From: an uncultured Sulfurovum sp.
GTDB taxonomy: Bacteria > Campylobacterota > Campylobacteria > Campylobacterales > Sulfurovaceae
Length of the DNA stretch: 31,202 nt
Assembly: GCA_964457735.1 (NCBI GenBank)
Contig: CAYWFW010000078.1
Coordinates: forward strand, 1 to 31,202
Direction: 5' to 3'
Shown here: positions 1 through 7,807 of the stretch, in pieces
How the letters are laid out: every line of letters starts with the position of its first letter
Position numbering within the stretch: position 1 is the first letter of the stretch
Position numbers and translations under genes: made by a program
Notes under the pieces: model-generated
What the model was told of the DNA's origin: nothing
The model's database searches: none
What the model saw: the letters and a program-made list of their open reading frames with translations, nothing else

Positions 1-911
1 CTATCAACTTTTGGTTTAAGAGAACACAAATTTTCACTTAGTTCTCGTGGAAGCATAGGGAAAGATTTATGAGGGAAATATGTGGTAAATGCTCGTCTTT
101 TTGCTTCTATATCAATTGGCGAGAAATACTCAACATACTCACTAACATCAGCGATAGCTACATATAAGATATAATTTTGTTTATCAAAAAATATTGCATC
201 ATCAAAATCTTTTGCAGTTACTGGGTCAATTGTGCAAAAGTTCAAATCTGTTAAATCTATACGATTAGGATATTTGCTTTTATCCACAAAATTATCTATC
301 GCTTTAGCTTGAGATATACAATCTTCATCAAATTTATCTTTTCTATCATATAAAGCCAAAGATATTTTTTCATCTGTTTTTGGTTCACTTAAAATCCCCA
401 AAATCTCTATCACTTTTCCATCTTCATTATCAACTTTTAACACAGTACCATTTTTTAGAATACTAATATCCATACCGTCCATATATGCTTGTGTTGGTAA
501 AGCCGTTTTTATATCTATAATTGATAATTTTTTATCTTCATCAATTACAGTATATACAATAGAAAAATCGTAAGCTCTTTTGATAACCATTACAATTTTT
601 GCAGAAGCTCGTCCCCTTTTGGCAATAATTCTCCTTGCGATAACCACATCACCATTTTTTGCACTTCCAATATCAGACTCTTCAACAAGTAAATCTCTTT
701 GTTCTTTTGTTTGAGATTCAATAAAAGCCTTTGTATTTGGTGGCTTTGATAGATATAATCGCCCTGATCTATATATACTTTTTAATCTCCAAAGAGAATT
801 AATCTCTTCTAACGCTCCAATTTTTTGTAGCTCATCAAACATAAAAACTTCATCAAGTTCTATATCACTCCTTAAACAACCATCATTTATCTGTATTTCA
901 AACGGACTCAT
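1..911 (-). CDS. rnr: Ribonuclease R (RNB-family 3'-5' exoribonuclease), N-terminal part; runs off the left edge
   Basis: Not in the ORF track because it is truncated. Manual translation from ATG at 911 gives MSPFEIQINDG...FCTIDPVTAKDFDDAIFFD...LYVAIADVSEYV...TYFPHKSFPMLPRELSENLCSLKPKVD. This includes the RNB catalytic motif (TIDPxxAxDxDDA) and the AIADVS and PMLP..LS..LCSL motifs. Confidence 0.93.
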   Translation of the reverse strand, partial: MSPFEIQINDGCLRSDIELDEVFMFDELQKIGALEEINSLWRLKSIYRSGRLYLSKPPNTKAFIESQTKEQRDLLVEESDIGSAKNGDVVIARRIIAKRGRASAKIVMVIKRAYDFSIVYTVIDEDKKLSIIDIKTALPTQAYMDGMDISILKNGTVLKVDNEDGKVIEILGILSEPKTDEKISLALYDRKDKFDEDCISQAKAIDNFVDKSKYPNRIDLTDLNFCTIDPVTAKDFDDAIFFDKQNYILYVAIADVSEYVEYFSPIDIEAKRRAFTTYFPHKSFPMLPRELSENLCSLKPKVD

Positions 912-912
912 A

Positions 913-1332
913 TTATTTTTTCTTCTTTTCAATTTTTAAAATTTTTTTTTGTTCAACATCATTAATCCAACTTAAAAAGTCAAATACACCAAAATATCCC
1001 GTAACTCTCTCATATAACTCTTTTTTAGGGCTATAAAAAAAGATGGTTGGAACATACTGAACCTCTGGTAGATATTTTTGTGCTTCTTTTGAATCTTTTA
1101 GAGTTTTAACCAAAATATAATTTTCTAATTTTTTAAATATCTTATCATCTAAAAGTGTATGTTTTGTCATCTTTTTACACCATTGACAATGATTACTTGA
1201 TGCAAATACCATAACTGTTTTATTCTCTTTGATTGCTTTGCTAAATGCTGTTGGTATATCTTTTTCCCATTTTAATTCATTTGCAAATATAAAACTACCT
1301 AGCAATAATAATATAACTATTAATTTTCTCAT
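913..1332 (-). CDS. Exported thioredoxin-fold protein (thioredoxin_7/SoxW-like)
   Basis: Signal peptide MRKLIVILLLLGSFIFA, LKWEKD..AF..A motif, CQWC redox motif, YVPT cis-Pro loop. Its stop codon is 1 nt upstream of the rnr ATG. Confidence 0.85.
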   Translation of the reverse strand: MRKLIVILLLLGSFIFANELKWEKDIPTAFSKAIKENKTVMVFASSNHCQWCKKMTKHTLLDDKIFKKLENYILVKTLKDSKEAQKYLPEVQYVPTIFFYSPKKELYERVTGYFGVFDFLSWINDVEQKKILKIEKKKK

Positions 1333-1428
1333 TATCTCTCCTATATAAAATATAAATAGATTATACAGAAAAATATATATAAACTCACACTATTAAAATT
1401 TAATAACATTATGATAAACTGTTAAAAT

Positions 1429-3918
1429 ATGAAAGAGGAGGCTAACATGGAGTATATGGAAGTGTTAGGTGCTAATGGTAGCAGGGCAAAAAATATTTTT
1501 ACTACATGTTTTAGAGTCTCAAGAAATGTAGTTATAGATGCTGGAAATTTAATTAATATTCCAAAAGATGAAATTATGGATATAGAACATATTTTTATCT
1601 CACATACACATTTAGACCACATCGTTGATATTGCTTTTTTAATAGATAATACATTTACTCACCGTACAACTCCTCTTAAGATTTATGGATTGGCTCATAG
1701 CATAAGTATCTTTAAAAAAAATATTTTTAATTGGGATATATGGCCAGATTTTAGTTGCCTAAAACTTCCCAAACAAAATAATAATAGTATAGAGTTTATT
1801 ATTATAGAATATAATAAAAAATATATTATTGGTGATATAAGTCTTACTCCAATAAAAGCAAATCATACTGTTGATTGTAGTGGTTATTTGATTAAAAAAG
1901 ATAAAGATAGTATACTGTTTTCTGGAGATAATTACAAAAATAAAGAGCTTTGGAATATAGTTAATAAAGATAAATCAATTAATAATGTAATCTTAGATGT
2001 ATCCTTTCCAAATAGATTCTCTAATATTGCAAAACTTAGCAAACATCTAACACCAAAAGATTTACAAGATGAGTTAAAACTACTTAAAAGAGAAGTTAAT
2101 ATATCTGTATTTCATATCAAGCCAATACTTCAACAAGAGGTGATTAAAGAGCTTTTAGATATAGGGATAAAAAAGTCTCATATATTAGTTGGTGGTGAAA
2201 GAATAAGATATAAAGATGGTGTTATAACAAGAAAAAAAGAGTCTGTAACTGATGTAGATAAACTAAAAAGTTTAAATAAAATTGGTATGTTATTATCATC
2301 AGAACATAATATCTCAATGCTACTAGAGAGTATTATTGTTCAAGCTATATCATTAACAAATTGTGATGGTGGGACTTTATATTTGATGAAAGATGATAAA
2401 ATTCATTTTTATATTGCTCAAACCAAATCTCTAAATATTCTTATGGGTGGTTCTCATGAGAGTATAAAATGGTCACCTATCCCTTTATATATAGATAATC
2501 ATATTCCTAATAAACAGATAATGGCAGTATGTTCAATCTTAGAAGATAGAATTATTAATATATCAGATGTCTATGATGATTCAGAGTTCTATTTTGAAGG
2601 TGCAAAGATGTTTGATAAAACAAATGGTTATAAAACAAAATCTATACTCACTGTACCTCTAAAAAATCATAAAGATGAGATGATAGGAGTATTGCAATTG
2701 ATTAATAAATTAGATAAAGATAACAATCCTATATCATTTGATTCATTTGACAAAGATATTACACAATCACTTGCATCACAATCTGCAATTGCAATTACTA
2801 ATGCAAATTTGATAGAGGATTTTGAAAACCTTATTGAGTCATTTTTACATAGTCTTATTTATATAATAGGGGAAAAATCTCCCCATACAGCATCTCATAT
2901 ACGCCAAATGGTAACAGTAACAAATATGATTATAGAAGCAGTGGATAAAGATCAAGGTATATTTAAAAATATATCTTTTAATGAGGAACAAAAAGATGAG
3001 ATAAATCTCTCGGCTCTTATGCACGATATAGGAAAACTATCAACTCCTGATATTATCTTAAATAAAATAAATAAGTTACATATAATTTGCGATGCTATTG
3101 AGAGAATAGAAAGCAGATGTGAGATTATTAAAAGAGATATAGAGATTGAATTTTTAAATTTTAAGATAGATAATCTAAGTTCTAATAAAATTCCTGCAAA
3201 ATCTGGAACTGGTGCTTTAGCTCCAGCTTTTAGTGAGGCTAAAGCCATCACTTCCGATAAAATCTCTAATAATAGTATTGAGATAAAAAGAATAGAAGAT
3301 ATATTTACAAAACAGGTTATCCAAATCAATAATAGATTAGAGATGATAAGAGATTTTAATAAAGGTAGTGAATTTTTAACCCAAGATAAGATAGATTTTA
3401 TAAACTCAATGGCAATGATACCAATAAAGGTATTTAAAAAAGAGTATTATCTAATTACCAAAGATGAAGCCAAACTTCTATCTATATCTAAAGGGACACT
3501 AAGTAAATCAGAGAGAGATATAATAAATAATCATGCTACTGTTACTCAAAAAGCTCTTAATATGTTATCATTTCCTCAAAAATATAAGAATGTTCCTCAA
3601 ATATCAGGAAACCATCACGAAAAAATCAATGGTACTGGTTATCCAAAAGGTTTAGTAGATAATCAAATATCTTTTGAAGCAAGAATTTTGGCAATTGCTG
3701 ATATATTTGAAGCTCTTACCTCTACAAAAAGAGAGTATAGAAAACCAAATAGTGTTGCAGATGCTATGAAAATATTATATTTTATGGCAAAAGATGGAGA
3801 ACTTGATAAAAGTTTAGTTAAATTTTTTTATGACTCAAAACTATATATCAAATATGGACAACTAATAAAAAGTAATAATTTAGATGAACTTATAGGTTTT
3901 GATTTTAATAATCTATGA
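1429..3918 (+). CDS. Cyclic-nucleotide phosphodiesterase fusion: metallo-beta-lactamase (class II cAMP PDE-like) + GAF + HD-GYP
   Basis: MBL motif SHTHLDHI plus ANHTVD and FSGD. GAF motifs include CDGGTLY and YKTKSILTVPL...IGVLQLINK. HD-GYP motifs include MHDIGK, HHEKINGTGYPKGL and RILAIADIFEALTS.KR.YR. The likely true start is ATG 1447, after the SD GAGGAGG at 1435-1441. Confidence 0.88.
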   Translation: MKEEANMEYMEVLGANGSRAKNIFTTCFRVSRNVVIDAGNLINIPKDEIMDIEHIFISHTHLDHIVDIAFLIDNTFTHRTTPLKIYGLAHSISIFKKNIFNWDIWPDFSCLKLPKQNNNSIEFIIIEYNKKYIIGDISLTPIKANHTVDCSGYLIKKDKDSILFSGDNYKNKELWNIVNKDKSINNVILDVSFPNRFSNIAKLSKHLTPKDLQDELKLLKREVNISVFHIKPILQQEVIKELLDIGIKKSHILVGGERIRYKDGVITRKKESVTDVDKLKSLNKIGMLLSSEHNISMLLESIIVQAISLTNCDGGTLYLMKDDKIHFYIAQTKSLNILMGGSHESIKWSPIPLYIDNHIPNKQIMAVCSILEDRIINISDVYDDSEFYFEGAKMFDKTNGYKTKSILTVPLKNHKDEMIGVLQLINKLDKDNNPISFDSFDKDITQSLASQSAIAITNANLIEDFENLIESFLHSLIYIIGEKSPHTASHIRQMVTVTNMIIEAVDKDQGIFKNISFNEEQKDEINLSALMHDIGKLSTPDIILNKINKLHIICDAIERIESRCEIIKRDIEIEFLNFKIDNLSSNKIPAKSGTGALAPAFSEAKAITSDKISNNSIEIKRIEDIFTKQVIQINNRLEMIRDFNKGSEFLTQDKIDFINSMAMIPIKVFKKEYYLITKDEAKLLSISKGTLSKSERDIINNHATVTQKALNMLSFPQKYKNVPQISGNHHEKINGTGYPKGLVDNQISFEARILAIADIFEALTSTKREYRKPNSVADAMKILYFMAKDGELDKSLVKFFYDSKLYIKYGQLIKSNNLDELIGFDFNNL
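3187..3258 (+). repeat. REP-like palindromic element, copy A (in frame inside the HD-GYP gene)
   Basis: 72-nt stretch that matches the reverse complement of 22183-22254 at 64 of 72 positions by manual alignment. It encodes KIPAKSGTGALAPAFSEAKAITSD. Confidence 0.9.
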
Positions 3919-3951
3919 TACAATGATATTTAATTTTAATAAGGAACTTTT

Positions 3952-4506
3952 ATGTCATCAAATCAAATTTATAATATACCAAATCTACTAGCTTTTATAC
4001 GGTTATTATTAGCTCCATTAATGTTTTTTCTTCTTGTGAATCGTGATTATTATATTTTTAATGAGATTCATGATAGTTGGCTTGATTTTTTTACTGCCTT
4101 TATATTTGTTATTGCGAGTGCAACAGATTTTTTTGATGGATATATTGCTAGAACATTTAATCAAATCACAATGATGGGCAAGATTCTTGATCCTCTTGCA
4201 GATAAGATGCTAACTCTTGCAGGGTTTTTAGGTTTAATGATGCTTGATCGTGCTAATGAATGGGCTGTATTTCTAATTCTTACAAGAGAACTTTTTATCA
4301 CTGGTTTAAGAGTTTCTGCCGTAGCTCAAAATATTGATATTGCCGCATCAATGACAGGAAAAGTAAAAACTGTGGTTCAGATGATTGCTATTGGCTTTTT
4401 ACTAATGAATTGGTATGGTGGCGATATTATATTGTGGATTGCTGTTGCTTTAACTCTTTATTCTGGATATGAATATGTAAGAGACTTTTTTAAAGGGGTT
4501 AAATAA
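3952..4506 (+). CDS. pgsA: CDP-diacylglycerol--glycerol-3-phosphate 3-phosphatidyltransferase
   Basis: NIPNLLAFIRL start and the CDP-alcohol phosphotransferase motif TDFFDGYIAR...GKILDPLADK. Also RELFITGLR and GKVKTVVQM. Highly hydrophobic. Confidence 0.95.
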   Translation: MSSNQIYNIPNLLAFIRLLLAPLMFFLLVNRDYYIFNEIHDSWLDFFTAFIFVIASATDFFDGYIARTFNQITMMGKILDPLADKMLTLAGFLGLMMLDRANEWAVFLILTRELFITGLRVSAVAQNIDIAASMTGKVKTVVQMIAIGFLLMNWYGGDIILWIAVALTLYSGYEYVRDFFKGVK

Positions 4507-4509
4507 AAT

Positions 4510-5235
4510 ATGGCTTTACGAGATATAGAGTTTAAAAATACGATAATAAATATAAGCTATGAGATAATAAATCCAACTAAGAAAAAGAATATTATAATTT
4601 TGCATGGTTGGGGTAGTAATAAAGAGATTATGAAACAGGCTTTTTCAAAAATTATGAAAGAGTATAGACATATTTATATAGATATGCCAGGATTTGGTAA
4701 AAGCACAAATCCAATAATTTTAACTACTAATGATTATGCACAAATTATAAAGATATTTTTAAACTCTCTAAATTTAAATATTGATATAGCTATGGGACAC
4801 TCTTTTGGTGGAAAAGTGGCAACTTTATTAAATCCTAAATATTTAATTCTACTTTCTAGTGCTGGAATTATTACAAAAAAGCCTTGGAGTGTTAAAGTTA
4901 AAATTGCAACATTTAAACTTTTAAAACCTCTTGGAATGAAAAAAATAAGAGAACTTTTTTCTAGTACTGATGTCAAAGGGATGAGCCACGAGATGTATGA
5001 AACATTTAAAAATGTGGTAGACGAAGACTTTACAAGTCAATTTTTAAAATCAAAAAGTAAAGCAATTTTATTTTGGGGAATAGATGATACAGCTACACCA
5101 TTATACACAGGAAAAGAGATTAATACTTTAATTAAAAATAGTATATTTTATCCACTAGATGGAGATCATTACTTCTTTTTGAGACATAATAAATTTATTG
5201 AAAAAGAGATTTCAAATTATCTAAAAAATATATAA
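4510..5235 (+). CDS. Alpha/beta fold hydrolase
   Basis: LHGWG oxyanion motif, IDMPGFG, nucleophile elbow GHSFGG, WGIDD (Asp) and GDHYFF (His). Confidence 0.92.
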   Translation: MALRDIEFKNTIINISYEIINPTKKKNIIILHGWGSNKEIMKQAFSKIMKEYRHIYIDMPGFGKSTNPIILTTNDYAQIIKIFLNSLNLNIDIAMGHSFGGKVATLLNPKYLILLSSAGIITKKPWSVKVKIATFKLLKPLGMKKIRELFSSTDVKGMSHEMYETFKNVVDEDFTSQFLKSKSKAILFWGIDDTATPLYTGKEINTLIKNSIFYPLDGDHYFFLRHNKFIEKEISNYLKNI

Positions 5236-5238
5236 TAT

Positions 5239-5260
5239 GAGTGAGCTTTATCACTCCTTT
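5239..5260. terminator. Small hairpin between convergent genes, possible terminator
   Basis: GAGTGA-GCTTTA-TCACTC (6-bp stem) followed by CTTTT, in the 40-bp gap between the hydrolase and nuclease stop codons. Confidence 0.4.
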
Positions 5261-5275
5261 TCTATATAACAAAGA

Positions 5276-7609
5276 TTAAGCATTACTATTTAAAGATAAA
5301 GTAGACTTATTCAAGATACTTGTATGACAAATATTTTGAAAATCACAATATCCACATACTTTATCATCACTATCATTAAAGCCAAACTTACCATTTTGTA
5401 TATTATCACGAGTTGTAAAAATAAGATTCTTTAATTCCTCTTCATAGTTATCACTATAAAGTTCATAATCTTTAATATTCTCATTTGATAAATTTGCAAA
5501 GTGATAATATGGTTTATCCCCTTTAAAACTAAGAAGAGAAGCGTAATAATTTTTATCTGTAAACTGCTGTTTTACATATAAAATATACAAAGCTAACTGC
5601 ACATCTTTTAACTCTCTTATCTGCTTTATTTTTTCACTATCCAAATTGGAAATCATCTTTTTTGACTTATAATCAATCACATTTACCACACTTTTAAGTA
5701 TATCAACTCTATCGATTACACCTTTAATAAATATATCATCACTATTAATACCACAAGCATTAAGATTTTTATCTAGTGCAAATTGATATTCAAATTTGGA
5801 ATCTTGAAAATAGTTAAGTTCACTCGCTTTTTCAATGTAATAATTTACAAATTTAGCCAATAGACCATATTTATTATTATCTTTTAAGCCCGATTGTAGA
5901 GTATTAAAAAAAAGTCTATGGTGAATGGTTTTCTCTATTGTATCACTTTTTTTACTAAAAATCTTATAAGCATCTTCTGAAACTTGATACATCAATTCAA
6001 ATAATCTATCCAAATCAATATGAGTAATTTTTCTATCTCTTATTCTCTTACCAAATAACTCATAACAAAGGTGCATTAAACTTCCTTGTTCCATCACATC
6101 AAACCCCTCTTGAGTTTCAGTTGGTGCTTGAATCTTTAATCTATTTGAGTATAGATAAGCTAGAGGGCAAGAGATATATTTATTAATTTGAGAGGCTGAT
6201 AGAGTAATCTCTTTAAATCCACTAACCCCAATACCATCAAACTTAGTTAAATCTTGGCTCAAGATACTCTTATAATACTCTTTTATATTTTCATCTGATA
6301 TAACTGTTTTATTTTTTAATGATAATTGGTTAGGGCTATTTATTTCACTAATATCAATATTATAATCAAACTTATTATCCAATAAAATAGATGGCATCAA
6401 CTCTCTTTTACCACTATAATTAGCAGTAACTATATATAAATTATCAGTTAATCTCTTAAGTTCATCTAATCCAGTTTTTGCACTTGTAAAATAATTATTT
6501 GCATAGAAATATTGTAAATCTTCATCATAACTCCACAAAAAATTATCACTACCACTTCTAGGAAAACGATTAATATCTCCTCCAATAAAAATAATATGGT
6601 TATATTTATGTTCGCTTCCGACCAAATCACTTAACTCACACAACTCAATACCTATTTTTTTATCACTTATCTTAAACGATGATTTAATATTTTGTTTTAT
6701 CTTATTGCTAAGTTCTAAATCAAGCTTTTTATATAATTTATCAATAGATTTAATCTTTGAACTATACCTATTAAATACCTCTTTTACCTCTTGATTTTCA
6801 CCACTAAAATATGAGGTAAGGGACAATCCTACGGAACTATAACCACTAATTTGATACTCATCACATAACATTTTATAAAACTCATTATACTCTCTTATAT
6901 TATCTGCTACTAATAAAATATCATTAGAAGTAACACCATCTTCCATAAGCTTTCTAATAATTTTAACAGCAGTTCTAGCCTCATCAACTCTATCAAAAAC
7001 TTCAATTGAAGGTTTTATTATATTTATTTTTGGTGAGGCTAAAGCCATCACTTCCGATGAGATTAAAGGTATCACCTGTGATGATTTAAGTAAAATTTTC
7101 AAGATATTATCTTGCTGTTTAGACTTAATAAAATTTATATCTCCAACCATAAAATTATCAACATATATTTTATTAAATTTATATCTAAAATTCTTATCCC
7201 ATTGTAAAAATACAAGATTCTCTATATCTGATATATCTACTAATTTATGATTCTTTTTATATTCTTGATATTTTATATTAATTATTTGTATAGCTTCTAA
7301 TTTCTTTCCATTAAGTAAACTATCAAAACTAATATTATTCCTTGCACACTTAACTAAAAAAGAGTATATCACCCCTAAACCATCAGAATCACATCTAAAA
7401 TAATCAAAATACTCAATATGATTATCTTGAATTATCTTATAAATAAGAGATGAACCCAAAAATGTATTGATTACACTTGCAAAATTATTTTTTTCAAACT
7501 CTTGTAATATCAACTCATCTAATGTCATAACCACACATAATCCACCAACCAAATGCTTAATCTCTGTTGCTCTTTTTTGGCTAATTGTTATATATAAATC
7601 TCTATCCAT
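5276..7609 (-). CDS. AddB/RecB-family PD-(D/E)XK nuclease with a predicted 4Fe-4S cluster
   Basis: C-terminal nuclease motifs: LSASQINKYISCP, QGSLMH, KGVIDRVD, IDYKS and QLALY. Four Cys: one in SCP and three in CGYCDFQNIC. The N-terminal half is degenerate. Confidence 0.82.
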   Translation of the reverse strand: MDRDLYITISQKRATEIKHLVGGLCVVMTLDELILQEFEKNNFASVINTFLGSSLIYKIIQDNHIEYFDYFRCDSDGLGVIYSFLVKCARNNISFDSLLNGKKLEAIQIINIKYQEYKKNHKLVDISDIENLVFLQWDKNFRYKFNKIYVDNFMVGDINFIKSKQQDNILKILLKSSQVIPLISSEVMALASPKINIIKPSIEVFDRVDEARTAVKIIRKLMEDGVTSNDILLVADNIREYNEFYKMLCDEYQISGYSSVGLSLTSYFSGENQEVKEVFNRYSSKIKSIDKLYKKLDLELSNKIKQNIKSSFKISDKKIGIELCELSDLVGSEHKYNHIIFIGGDINRFPRSGSDNFLWSYDEDLQYFYANNYFTSAKTGLDELKRLTDNLYIVTANYSGKRELMPSILLDNKFDYNIDISEINSPNQLSLKNKTVISDENIKEYYKSILSQDLTKFDGIGVSGFKEITLSASQINKYISCPLAYLYSNRLKIQAPTETQEGFDVMEQGSLMHLCYELFGKRIRDRKITHIDLDRLFELMYQVSEDAYKIFSKKSDTIEKTIHHRLFFNTLQSGLKDNNKYGLLAKFVNYYIEKASELNYFQDSKFEYQFALDKNLNACGINSDDIFIKGVIDRVDILKSVVNVIDYKSKKMISNLDSEKIKQIRELKDVQLALYILYVKQQFTDKNYYASLLSFKGDKPYYHFANLSNENIKDYELYSDNYEEELKNLIFTTRDNIQNGKFGFNDSDDKVCGYCDFQNICHTSILNKSTLSLNSNA
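7033..7060 (+). repeat. REP-like element half copy B (inside the nuclease CDS, antisense to the gene)
   Basis: GTGAGGCTAAAGCCATCACTTCCGATGA, a 28-mer identical to the reverse complement of the gspJ copy. In the minus-strand gene it reads as SSEVMALAS. Confidence 0.85.
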
Positions 7610-7673
7610 TTTATAATCCTTTAAGCTTTCAAGGAATAGAAGTAAATTAAAACCAAATTTTTAAGATAAATTA

Positions 7674-7730
7674 CTCGGACACGATGGCTTTAGCCTCGTC
7701 TATGTAGGAGAGGCTAAAGCCATCTCATCC
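7674..7730. repeat. Intergenic inverted REP doublet (REPIN-like), copy C
   Basis: Perfect 15-bp inverted repeat: GATGGCTTTAGCCTC (7683-7697) and GAGGCTAAAGCCATC (7710-7724), with a 12-nt spacer. It has the same core as copies A, B and D. Confidence 0.88.
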
Positions 7731-7807
7731 AAAAAATTTTATAGGTTTTATTTATTTTCTAATCTTAAGTAATATTTAAAGGGCAACCACAAAGGATTAC
7801 CTCTTAT

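Noticed and set aside
1422-4976. Antisense ORFs 1422-1622, 2952-3329 and 4734-4976
   Set aside because: They are shadows of well-supported plus-strand genes and have no recognisable motifs. 2952-3329 only shows that the REP element is stop-free in the antisense frame.
5276-7609. Cas4 or CRISPR-associated assignment for the Fe-S nuclease
   Set aside because: At 777 aa with a long N-terminal region it fits an AddB-like protein, and there are no cas genes or array nearby.
7674-7730. Possible CRISPR repeat or tRNA at the palindrome
   Set aside because: There is no regularly spaced repeat-spacer array, no cas operon and no cloverleaf. The copies are dispersed, which fits a REP.
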